DNA of 63,625 bases, the filler included, from Acidimicrobiia bacterium (GTDB lineage: Bacteria > Actinomycetota > Acidimicrobiia > Spongiisociales > JAHEDJ01), in assembly GCA_029210695.1 (NCBI GenBank). It is 3 parts of 3 records of this genome, joined end to end, with 100 filler letters (N's around TTAATTAATTAA, not from the genome) between each part and the next. Parts side by side here need not be neighbours in the genome. Positions count along the whole stretch, not along the records: positions 42,948 to 63,625 come from JARGFH010000061.1; 2 more parts are not named here. One strand, written 5' to 3'. The translations under genes and the position numbers were made by a program. Below the pieces are notes generated by a model. It ran no database searches. It was given only the letters and a program-made list of their open reading frames with translations, and had not been told where the DNA came from. Below, one piece after another: positions 53,264 to 61,944 of this stretch (positions are counted from its first letter, which is position 1; every line of letters starts with the position of its first letter).

Positions 53264-55746
53264 GTGTTCTCCGCAACAACGTGGCCGACAGCCTTGCGAA
53301 GAAAGTCTCGGCTTATGGCGTCGTGGTGTGGGATGACCCGGAGGGTTCCTATGTGGATGAGGCGCCGTCTCTCGTTCGAGAGGATGTCGGGTTCGCGGCG
53401 TACGCAGGCAGCTGGTATCGGCTTCGCCGTGAGATTGAAGACTCCATGGGAGGGTCCGAGCTCCCGCGACTCGTTGTCTACGTTCCTGTCGAACCGCCGG
53501 CCGAGGATCCGTTGGCAGAGGTCCGCGCTGCCACCGGCCTCGATCGGTCATTCAAACTGCTCCTCGGTACTGCCCTCCGACAGTCACTGGAAGGTCAGCT
53601 CACCATCGAGCGGATCGAGGAGGTTGCCCGCTCGGCTCGGACACTGACCGAGGCCGAAGAGATTCTCGAACAGGGCGGTGGGGGGCCAGTCTTGCTCACC
53701 AAGCGCTTTGGCACTGCCGAGCCCGTGGAGATCATGCTTCGTATTGCGTGCAGCGGCGCAGGCGACGTCTTCTCCGATGACGCATTCCGGACCGAGGTTG
53801 ACCGCTTCCTTGAGCAGCAGCTGGGTGGTCAGTTCGGCGGCACTGGGGACCTGGGTACAGCCATCGCTCAACGTCTCGTTGCTGCCGAACTCGTCCGGTC
53901 GGGAGTAGCGACGGGAGCGGCCGCGGCTACTCCGGGCCAGGTCGATCGGGCGATCGAGGTGCTGCGGCGATGGCAGGCAGATCGGCAGCGCTTGTCGGAT
54001 CTTCGGAGTCGCATGGAGGGTGCGCTTGAAGGCCTGGATCTCGATGCCCTCGGGTGGGTACCGGAGCTGGCTCAGCTTGACAGCAGCCCCGCTCTCGATG
54101 AACTCGCTTTAGCGCACTACCTGAATCTGTACACAGCGGGCGACTACGACCAGGCGGCAGCGCTTGCCGCAGTTCGGCGGTCTTCGTTCTGGGCGAAATG
54201 GGACGCGGACTTGCCGTGGCAGTCTCGATGGGAGATCGCCCATGCGGCTTCACAGCTTCAGGCGCTCTGTCTGGACTCAAACGCCACAGGCGCCAAGCCG
54301 GAATCGGTTCTCGCTGACTACGAAGCAACGACATGGCAGGTGGATGCCGAGCATCGTCGTCTTGAGCTTGGCATGACCCGTCTTGATGAGCTGGGTGATT
54401 TGGAGCAACCCATGCAGGCGGCCCGGATTGCCTATGAGGGATGGCTAGATCAGTACCTTCGCTCCTTCACGGCAGGCGTTGCTGCCCGCGGGCTGGCGAA
54501 CGGCTCCCTTCTACGACAAGGCGAGGTGCATGATCGACTCGTCGAGCCGTATGTCCGGAAGGGCAGCCAGGTCGCCTACTTCTTCGTGGATGCCTTGCGG
54601 TACGAGTTGGGTCGTGAGCTCGCCGCCAGTTTGCAGCGCGCCTTCGGGGAGGATGCGGTTCGGGTTGAGGGGGCTCTCGGGGCCGCTCCGTCGATCACGC
54701 TGGTGGGTATGGCCAACCTCTGTCCCAACGCCCACACTGCGCTCCGTCTGGAACTCGATGGTCGTGAGAAGCTCATGGTGTCTATTGACGGGTCTCCTGT
54801 GATGACGCCGCCGGAGCGTCTGTCGCTGCTCCAAGCGGCCCACGGCCACGTGGTCGACATCGTTCTCGACGACCTTGTCACCCAGGGTGAAAGTGACCTC
54901 AAGGAGAGGATCAATGGTGCCAAGGTCGTGATGGTGCGGTCGACCGAGTTCGATGAGGCGGGGGAAGCAGGCAAGCTCGCCGTTGCTCACACTTCGTTTC
55001 CCATCATCGTTGAGCACCTGCGGCGCGCCGTTGCCAAGCTGTCGCTCGCCGGCGTCACCCGCTTCGTCATCTCCTCCGACCATGGGTTTCTGATCCTCAG
55101 CCGGGATGTAGGGCAGCATCGGATCATCCCGAAACCTGGCGGGAAGGGTGAGGTGCACCGTCGGGTCTTCATCGGTACAGGTGGAGCTGCGGGCGACGAA
55201 CTAATCCGAGTGCCCCTTTCGGCGGTCGGCATTCCGGGAGACCTGGACCTACTTGTCCCGCGGGGCCTTGGGCTGATATCGGCAGGCGGCGCCCGTGGGT
55301 TCTTCCACGGGGGCATTTCACCCCAGGAGATGCTCGTGCCGGTGATTACCGTCGAGCTCGAAGCCGCGGCAGGCACCGAACCGCTCACGGTCGAGGTCGC
55401 TATCTCCGGGAAGGTCACCTCGCGTATCTTCACCGGCAAGCTGTTCCTGAAGTCGGGTCTCTTCTCCGTTGAGCCGATAGATGTCAGTGTGAATGCGGTG
55501 CGAATATCAGATGGGGCCGAGATCGCCAAGTTGGTGGCCGCCGGCGGTGCCGAGGTGGCTGAGGGTGTTGTGCGCCTCGCCCCAGACTCGGAGGCATTGG
55601 TGTCGTTCCAGGTCATTGCCGACCTCGACAAGGGGGATAAAGTCGAACTGCGGGTTATGGATGTGAAGACAGACCGGCGCATCGGCCGTTCCAAGCCCGC
55701 ACCTGTGGCTGCTCCGGTATTGGTGGAGGCCGATCTTGACGCTTGA
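53260..55746 (+). CDS. pglZ: BREX PglZ (BrxZ) alkaline-phosphatase-fold protein
   Basis: VVWDDP, VDALRYE, PSIT..GMA.L, SDHGF, HGGISPQEMLVP. Confidence 0.93.
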   Translation: MSVLRNNVADSLAKKVSAYGVVVWDDPEGSYVDEAPSLVREDVGFAAYAGSWYRLRREIEDSMGGSELPRLVVYVPVEPPAEDPLAEVRAATGLDRSFKLLLGTALRQSLEGQLTIERIEEVARSARTLTEAEEILEQGGGGPVLLTKRFGTAEPVEIMLRIACSGAGDVFSDDAFRTEVDRFLEQQLGGQFGGTGDLGTAIAQRLVAAELVRSGVATGAAAATPGQVDRAIEVLRRWQADRQRLSDLRSRMEGALEGLDLDALGWVPELAQLDSSPALDELALAHYLNLYTAGDYDQAAALAAVRRSSFWAKWDADLPWQSRWEIAHAASQLQALCLDSNATGAKPESVLADYEATTWQVDAEHRRLELGMTRLDELGDLEQPMQAARIAYEGWLDQYLRSFTAGVAARGLANGSLLRQGEVHDRLVEPYVRKGSQVAYFFVDALRYELGRELAASLQRAFGEDAVRVEGALGAAPSITLVGMANLCPNAHTALRLELDGREKLMVSIDGSPVMTPPERLSLLQAAHGHVVDIVLDDLVTQGESDLKERINGAKVVMVRSTEFDEAGEAGKLAVAHTSFPIIVEHLRRAVAKLSLAGVTRFVISSDHGFLILSRDVGQHRIIPKPGGKGEVHRRVFIGTGGAAGDELIRVPLSAVGIPGDLDLLVPRGLGLISAGGARGFFHGGISPQEMLVPVITVELEAAAGTEPLTVEVAISGKVTSRIFTGKLFLKSGLFSVEPIDVSVNAVRISDGAEIAKLVAAGGAEVAEGVVRLAPDSEALVSFQVIADLDKGDKVELRVMDVKTDRRIGRSKPAPVAAPVLVEADLDA

Positions 55747-57745
55747 CGCACTTGACTCCAAAGCCAACGAGGCCTTCCCGGGCCGTGTGGTCCGCAAGGA
55801 CCTGGTTCGACGGGTGAAGGTTGGCGCCAATGTGCCCGTCTATGTCCTGGAGTACCTGCTGGGCAAGTACTGCGCCACCGACGATCCGGCTGCTATCGAG
55901 GTGGGCCTCAGCGTCGTAAACCAGACCTTGACCGAGAACTTCGTCTGGCCCGATCAGTCCCAGACCGCACAGGCAGATCTGAAGCGCAAGGGCTCTCACA
56001 GGATCATCGACCGGATCTCGGTGCGATTCGTCGAGACGGAAGGCAAGTTCTGGGCCGAGTTCGCCAACTTTGGCAGCAAATATGTCCACGTACCAGAGGA
56101 CATCGTCTATAAGTACCGGCGTCTCCTGGAAGGTGGGATTTGGGCGCAGGCAGATCTGGTCTACAACGAGACGGAGGACGTCGGCCAGAAGTCCCATCCT
56201 TTCTTTATCGAGTCGCTGAAGCCGATTCAGGTCGCCGCGTTCTCGCAGGAGGAGTATCGCGAGGGTCGCAAGGCGTTTGGCCGTGATGAGTGGGTGGACC
56301 TTCTGGTGCGATCGGTCGGCCTGGAACCTGGGAAGTACGACTTCCGAAAGAAGCTCCTCATCCTCTTGCGGCTTGTCCCCATGGCCGAACGCAATTACAA
56401 CCTCGTGGAGCTTGGACCCCGCGGGACTGGGAAGTCGTTCGTCTACCGAGAGACATCTCCGAACGCCATCCTCATCTCAGGTGGCAAGACGTCGGTTCCA
56501 CAGCTCTTCGTCCATCTTGGAACGGGTCGGCTCGGCCTGGTTGGGCTGTGGGATGTGGTGGCATTCGACGAGGTTGCGGGGATGCAGTTTGGTGACTCCT
56601 CGGTGGTGCAAATGCTCAAGGACTACATGGAGTCTGGGTCGTTCGCACGCGGTAAGGAAGAGCTTCCTGCTGACGCGTCGATAGTGCTGCTTGGGAACAT
56701 TGATCTACCAGCAGAGACACTGGTCAAGACCAGTCACCTCTTCGCGGACCTCCCCAACGCTATGATTGATGCGGCGTTCATCGACCGATTGCACTACTAC
56801 CTCCCGGGCTGGGATGTGCCGAAAATGGAGCCGGATTCCTTCACAAGCCACTACGGGTTTGTGTCGGATTACCTGTCCGAAGCACTGCGAGATTCGAGGC
56901 GTTTCAGCTTCGCCGACGCTGTTGGGCATGAGTTCGCCTTCGGTCCTCATCTGAACGCACGTGATGACCGCGCTGTGCGTAAGACGTTGTCCGGCCTTCT
57001 CAAGATCCTGCATCCCGATGGTGAGTGGACAAGGTCCGAGCTACGCGAATATGTCGAATTCGCGATGGAAGGTCGGCGCCGGGTCAAGGAGCAGCTCAAG
57101 AAGCTGGCGCCTCATGAGTACGCCAAAACGTCGTTCTCCTATGTCGATCGCGATTCGATGATCGAATCGTGGGTCGGAGTCCCCGAGCAGCCAGAGGATG
57201 TTGAGGAGGAGATTGAGGAGCAGGCAGGTCCAGTCGAGCCAGAGGAGGCTCCAACGCCGGGCTCGATGCAGGACCTCATCGCAACCGGCGAGAGCAGGAC
57301 CCTCGAGTTCAAGCGGACGGCTCGCTGGAACGAGTTCATCAAGGACAAGGATCGCGAGCTCGAGCACGCGGTGGTGAAGAGTATCGCTGGGTTCATGAAC
57401 GGCCATGGCGGAACGCTGCTCATCGGAGTCGACGATCTGGGACATCCAACCGGTCTCGACGAGGACCTCAAGGTCACGCCCCGCAAGGACCTCGATGGCT
57501 TTGAGAATTGGCTCACGACTCTTGTCGAGAGCTCCATCGGCGGTGCCGCGACCGCCAACGCCTCCATCGACTTCCCATCGGTCAACGGCACCACGATCTG
57601 CCGCGTGGTTGCCCGCGCAAGTGGATCGCCTGTCTACGTCAAGATGAAAGACGACGACTGGTTCTACGTCCGCCTCGGCAATTCCACCAGAAGACTCAGC
57701 ACCCGCGAGGCGGTCGACTACATCGCCCAAAAGTGGGGAAGCTGA
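55736..57745 (+). CDS. brxL: BrxL-type AAA+ ATPase fused to a C-terminal Schlafen/AlbA_2 domain in place of the Lon-like domain
   Basis: FPGRVVRKDL, NVPVYVLEYLLGKYC, ELGPRGTGKS, VAFDEV, AFIDRLH.Y.PGW, GRRRVKEQL; after an acidic linker: GESRTLEFK, IAGFMN..GGTLLIGVDD, FYVR.GNST. Confidence 0.88.
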   Translation: MTLDALDSKANEAFPGRVVRKDLVRRVKVGANVPVYVLEYLLGKYCATDDPAAIEVGLSVVNQTLTENFVWPDQSQTAQADLKRKGSHRIIDRISVRFVETEGKFWAEFANFGSKYVHVPEDIVYKYRRLLEGGIWAQADLVYNETEDVGQKSHPFFIESLKPIQVAAFSQEEYREGRKAFGRDEWVDLLVRSVGLEPGKYDFRKKLLILLRLVPMAERNYNLVELGPRGTGKSFVYRETSPNAILISGGKTSVPQLFVHLGTGRLGLVGLWDVVAFDEVAGMQFGDSSVVQMLKDYMESGSFARGKEELPADASIVLLGNIDLPAETLVKTSHLFADLPNAMIDAAFIDRLHYYLPGWDVPKMEPDSFTSHYGFVSDYLSEALRDSRRFSFADAVGHEFAFGPHLNARDDRAVRKTLSGLLKILHPDGEWTRSELREYVEFAMEGRRRVKEQLKKLAPHEYAKTSFSYVDRDSMIESWVGVPEQPEDVEEEIEEQAGPVEPEEAPTPGSMQDLIATGESRTLEFKRTARWNEFIKDKDRELEHAVVKSIAGFMNGHGGTLLIGVDDLGHPTGLDEDLKVTPRKDLDGFENWLTTLVESSIGGAATANASIDFPSVNGTTICRVVARASGSPVYVKMKDDDWFYVRLGNSTRRLSTREAVDYIAQKWGS

Positions 57746-57759
57746 TTCTCGGCGGCGAG

Positions 57760-58287
57760 TCAGACGGGGAGTGACACCGAGGTTGGAAGAGGCTCCGAGA
57801 CTGGAATGTCGAGGAGATCGGCCAGCGACATTGCGGCATACACACTTCTCGGGTGTGGATTGCGCCGGCGATTCCATGGAGGCCGCGCTTGGTCGATGAG
57901 CGTTTCATGCGTGACGTCCTCGGGATCAGCATCCGGCATCGACAGGCAGATGAGCCGAACTCTGCCGCCACCTTGGACGTATCCAAGGATGTCGGAGTTG
58001 ATGCGGAGCGATGTCCATTGCGTCTTGCCGGGTGTTGCCCGCTTGTAGGCGGTGATCCGGCGATAGAGATGGCTGGTCTGGTTGCTGGTGGCCTTCCCGA
58101 CGTAGAGGACTTTGTGGTCGTCGCTCGTCCACAGGTAGATACCCCGAGTAAAGGGTGGACCGCCACCTCGGGCCCACGAGAGCCGGCAGTAGTCCGAGCT
58201 ATTGAGATGGTTGATCACGGGCGTCCCGTCATGCTCGACCTCGATCGAGATTCCGACTTCGACGACTTCTGCTTCCATCGCCTCCAT
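57760..58287 (-). CDS. GIY-YIG-like nuclease domain protein
   Basis: GIYLW...VLYVGKA...L.RRI..Y; E..LI....PPWN. Confidence 0.65.
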   Translation of the reverse strand: MEAMEAEVVEVGISIEVEHDGTPVINHLNSSDYCRLSWARGGGPPFTRGIYLWTSDDHKVLYVGKATSNQTSHLYRRITAYKRATPGKTQWTSLRINSDILGYVQGGGRVRLICLSMPDADPEDVTHETLIDQARPPWNRRRNPHPRSVYAAMSLADLLDIPVSEPLPTSVSLPV

Positions 58288-58344
58288 TCTCGCTGCGAGC
58301 CAACGGCTGGTCTTGATTGAAGCTCGCGAGTCGCCGCGACGTCA

Positions 58345-59106
58345 CTATTGGACTACGGCCCACCCCGACGCGTCAGCCCGCCAGAGGTGGACGCCTTCTC
58401 GATCCTCGGCCGCTACCCACACGACGTCGACGTCGTCCAGCGGAGGTGCTGAATCGGGTAGGGGCCCATCGGTTACTTGAATCCAAGTGGGTGTTGAGTG
58501 GAACTCGATCCAAAGAAACAGGTGGCGTTCGCCGGGTCCACTCGTGATCTTCGCTCGATTCTCACCGACATGATGCGTGACGGCCTCGTTCAGGTGATCG
58601 GCGCCCGTCCAAGTTTGGATGCCGGGCGTGCCGAAGTAGATGTACCCGCCGGGCTCGTCCCGCCTGTAGCCCGACGCGACGCCGTGGTCCCTGAGGGCAC
58701 TCACCTCGGGTCGCTCTTCATCCAAGGAGTCGGGGAAGAGCTCCAGACCGAGCGCATCGATAGCGGCGGTCAGTTCCGCGATGGCGTCAAGATCGAGCTT
58801 CATCGGCACGACACCCTCGATCAGATCCAACTGCCAGGAGAGATCAATGAGGGATGTGTAGAACACCCAGCCTTTGGTCTTCAGCTGCGCCTCTTGTGCT
58901 CTCCAGTCCTGGTTGGTCTCTCGGGTTACTTCGAGGATCCCGTGATGCGATCCTTCCCGCTCGATGCAGAAGTCCGGGCCGCCGCTCCGGTCGGTCTGGA
59001 CGAGCCGGGCGTTGGTGTGTCGGGCAACCAGGACCCGCGCGTCGTGCTCCTCTGGGCTGGGCAGCGAGAGATCAGTTGGAGGGCAGGCGTGTCCCGCGGA
59101 AGTCAT
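58345..59106 (-). CDS. Hypothetical protein, possible PD-(D/E)XK-like nuclease
   Basis: E..A..., GPDF...ILEVT; 7 nt downstream of the preceding gene; family call tentative. Confidence 0.5.
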   Translation of the reverse strand: MTSAGHACPPTDLSLPSPEEHDARVLVARHTNARLVQTDRSGGPDFCIEREGSHHGILEVTRETNQDWRAQEAQLKTKGWVFYTSLIDLSWQLDLIEGVVPMKLDLDAIAELTAAIDALGLELFPDSLDEERPEVSALRDHGVASGYRRDEPGGYIYFGTPGIQTWTGADHLNEAVTHHVGENRAKITSGPGERHLFLWIEFHSTPTWIQVTDGPLPDSAPPLDDVDVVWVAAEDREGVHLWRADASGWAVVQ

Positions 59107-59113
59107 CTTTCCC

Positions 59114-59377
59114 CTACCAGTCGCCGGCTCGAACGCGGGGATCCATGAGGATCCCGTAGATGTACGACGGGGCGGAGAGGTCTTGAACCACGACGGTGTT
59201 CTCGAGCGGTACTCGCTCAAGTGCCTTCTCGATTGCCGTCCGGCTGATCATGCGGTTTGTCGCCTCCAGGTAGATGGTTCGCCCTCGTGCTTCGTAAGTG
59301 AATGGCTTCCCTCGAAGCTGGTGAAACGTGTGCCCCGAATGATTGACGATTCGGCGCCAAACAGCATCAGTATTCAT
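59114..59377 (-). CDS. Small hypothetical protein (87 aa)
   Basis: Globular-looking ORF, GGAG SD, first gene of a three-gene minus-strand cassette. Confidence 0.65.
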   Translation of the reverse strand: MNTDAVWRRIVNHSGHTFHQLRGKPFTYEARGRTIYLEATNRMISRTAIEKALERVPLENTVVVQDLSAPSYIYGILMDPRVRAGDW

Positions 59378-59461
59378 CTCGTCACTCCGCGTCAGTTAGT
59401 GCGTGTGCTGACATTCTCCCACCTAACACGTCCGCGGCGCTCAGCTACACCGCTCGGATAT

Positions 59462-61144
59462 TCATGTTCTCAGACGGAGGCGGGTCGAGTCGGTGCGGTC
59501 GGGAGCTCGAAATGGCCGCAGCTTGAGCTGCGCCGGGTGGAAGTTGCCATAGACGAGCACGCCGCTTCCAGTGGCGGCACGTCGGAGGTCGGACGCGGGG
59601 GCAAGGGGCCGATGGCGAACAGATTCGGTGACGCTCTCTCGTCCGTCGGCGTTGCGGCTTCGGGACTCTTCGACTGCGGCCTCGTCGCCGATGAGGCGGC
59701 TGAAGTAGTCCAGGGTGGGGGTGTCGGACACGCCTGCGAGCACGACCTTGGCTCGGTGGTTGTTGATGACGGTTTGGGCGAAGGTGCCGTAGCGGGCCTG
59801 GATCTGTGCGAAGTCTTGCCAGACGGTGACGAGTTGGATGCCGACGCCTCGGGCGGTGGAGGCGATCTGGGCCAGGTCGGGAAGTGGCGCGATGTTGGCG
59901 GCCTCGTCGATTACGAGGAGTAGCGGCTTGGTGAGACGGTCGGATGTTCTGTTGGCTCGGTCGTAGATGCGGGCGACGGTTTGTTCGATAAGGGCGGTGA
60001 AGAGGGGTCGGAGTCGAGCCTGTTCGTGGAGTGGCCCGCAAATGTAGAGGGTGTGGTTGCCGCCGTCGAGGAGTCGGTCAGGGTCGATGGCGGGTTGGCG
60101 GGTGGTGGTGTTGAGGACGCCGGGGTCGGCGAAGGCGGCGAGGACGGTTTCGGCGGTGGTGTAGGCGGAGGAGCGGGTGCGTTCTTCTCGGTTGACCGAA
60201 GCAGCGAAGGCTTGGATGGCGTCGAGTTCTTGGGCGTGTTGGAGGGCGCGCAGTGGCTCTTCTTGGTCTTGGAGGTCGACCCAGCGCATGACGTCGGCCA
60301 TGGTGGCGCCGTTGCGGGAGGCGGCGAACAGCAGTGGGGCGAGGAGTTTCTGGGCGACGGCGTACCAGAAGTCGGAGTCTTGAAGTCCACCGCGTTCCCC
60401 AGCCCGGGCTGTGGAGGCGAGCCAGGCGGCCATCCGCAGGGCACCCTGCCAGTCGCCGGACGTGTTGAGGGGTGACCATCCGGCGGAGGGTTCGGCGGTG
60501 GAGCTGACCGGGTCGAAGACCCAGGTTTCGCCGACGGTGCGGCGGTGGGCAATTGTGTGTTCGAGGAGGTCGCCCTTGACGGAGGTGGCGATGACGGGTC
60601 CGTCCCATTCGAGGAGGGCGGGGATGGCGAACCCGGTGGTCTTGCCGGTGCCGGCGGGGCCGATGACGGCGACGGAGTGCTGGGCTTCGGTGGCGACGAG
60701 TCTCCGGTCGACGGTGCCGAGGGTGAGCCGTCCGGGTTGGGGGCGGCGGACGAGGAGCGGTTTCAGGTCTCGTGGTTTCGCCCATCGGGCCGTGTCGCCC
60801 TCGGCGGAGTGCCCGTGCTGGTGGTGCCATCGCCATCCGACCGCCACCGCGGCGAGGATGACGATGCCGAGGATGGTGAGGATCGCGTAGTAGGCGGTCG
60901 GGCCGGGAACGAGCGTCGCGGCCTGAGGCGGCCAGGCGTCACCGGGTCGTGCAGGGTCGGCTGCGAGTTGCCACAGGATCAGCGGGCTGTCCCAGAGGGG
61001 GACCGGTAGCCAGGCCCCGGCCCAGATGCGGGCGGCAATCTGGCCTGCGGTCCACACGGCGACGCAGCATGTGACGAACACCGCGGCGGCGACGGTGAGG
61101 ACCTGCTCACCCTCGGGGCTGTGCTGGGAGGCGGGTTCGGTCAT
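59462..61144 (-). CDS. Type IV coupling protein (TraG/TraD/VirD4 family)
   Basis: Two N-terminal TM segments, A.WA...DL, GPAGTGKT, TSVKGD, LLVIDEAAN, VWQD.AQ...RYG. Confidence 0.88.
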   Translation of the reverse strand: MTEPASQHSPEGEQVLTVAAAVFVTCCVAVWTAGQIAARIWAGAWLPVPLWDSPLILWQLAADPARPGDAWPPQAATLVPGPTAYYAILTILGIVILAAVAVGWRWHHQHGHSAEGDTARWAKPRDLKPLLVRRPQPGRLTLGTVDRRLVATEAQHSVAVIGPAGTGKTTGFAIPALLEWDGPVIATSVKGDLLEHTIAHRRTVGETWVFDPVSSTAEPSAGWSPLNTSGDWQGALRMAAWLASTARAGERGGLQDSDFWYAVAQKLLAPLLFAASRNGATMADVMRWVDLQDQEEPLRALQHAQELDAIQAFAASVNREERTRSSAYTTAETVLAAFADPGVLNTTTRQPAIDPDRLLDGGNHTLYICGPLHEQARLRPLFTALIEQTVARIYDRANRTSDRLTKPLLLVIDEAANIAPLPDLAQIASTARGVGIQLVTVWQDFAQIQARYGTFAQTVINNHRAKVVLAGVSDTPTLDYFSRLIGDEAAVEESRSRNADGRESVTESVRHRPLAPASDLRRAATGSGVLVYGNFHPAQLKLRPFRAPDRTDSTRLRLRT

Positions 61145-61617
61145 CGCTCGACACCCGCGCCGGGTGAGGGGCGGTCGAGCGACCGGCCGGATCTCTGTCG
61201 TTCGTGCAGTGAGGCTTCGAGCAGGGGGGTTTGGCAGGCTCCGCAGCGGCAGGCCCTCGGACTCGGCTGGGTCCAGCCATCGGGCCAGTAGGGGATGGTC
61301 GTGACACAGGACGGGCAGAGGGCGTAGCTGCCGAGGACCGGGATGAGCGTGTACTCGTCGTCGGCGGGGACCTGGGTGTTGCAGAAGTCGCAGATCCACA
61401 GGCCGTTGTCTTGCGGGATGCTGGTGATCACGACCACGCCGTGGCGTTCCATCTCGGCTCGGATGCCCGCTTCGGCGGCGACCCGTCGCCGGTAGGCCTC
61501 GGGGTGGGCGACGGGTCGGATAATGAACCGGAGGTCGTCCCGACAGCGTCCGCACAGACCCTCGGGCGTGAGCTGTGTCTCGTCGTCACAGCTCACGCAG
61601 ACGTCAGGACCGGTCAT
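61141..61617 (-). CDS. Cys-rich putative zinc-binding protein
   Basis: CVSC, CGRC, CDFC, CPSC, CRCGAC; ATGA overlaps with both neighbours. Confidence 0.6.
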   Translation of the reverse strand: MTGPDVCVSCDDETQLTPEGLCGRCRDDLRFIIRPVAHPEAYRRRVAAEAGIRAEMERHGVVVITSIPQDNGLWICDFCNTQVPADDEYTLIPVLGSYALCPSCVTTIPYWPDGWTQPSPRACRCGACQTPLLEASLHERQRSGRSLDRPSPGAGVER

Positions 61618-61931
61618 CGTCCCATCCCCCGTCCGGTTTCTCGCTGGCGCTCGGGGTCTCTGGTCAGTTGGGCGAACAGCAGCAGGCCTGCGGTCCGGTC
61701 GTCGTCGGCCAGCCGGTCCCACTGGTCAAGAAGGTCATGGGCGACGGCGACGAGGGGATCGGAGGACCGGTTGAGGGCCTCGCGTATGGCATGCCGCTGG
61801 CGTTCGTCGAGGTGGGCCACCGATCCGTTCGGGTTCCGGTCGGGGTCGGCGAGGGCGCTGATGGCGGTTCCGAGCCTTTGGTTGGTGAGGATCTCGCTTG
61901 GATCTGTGGGAGTGTGGTGGTCGGGTGTCAT
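61614..61931 (-). CDS. Hypothetical protein in the conjugation cluster
   Basis: SD AAAGGAG before ATG 61931; stop overlaps the next start. Confidence 0.55.
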   Translation of the reverse strand: MTPDHHTPTDPSEILTNQRLGTAISALADPDRNPNGSVAHLDERQRHAIREALNRSSDPLVAVAHDLLDQWDRLADDDRTAGLLLFAQLTRDPERQRETGRGMGR

Positions 61932-61944
61932 GTGGTGGCTCCTT

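Noticed and set aside
57266..57745. Calling BrxL a Lon protease, or treating the AlbA_2 domain as a separate gene
   Set aside because: No Lon-like sequence is visible; the frame is continuous from 55736 and the nearest SD-like GAGGAGG is about 17 nt from ATG 57266.
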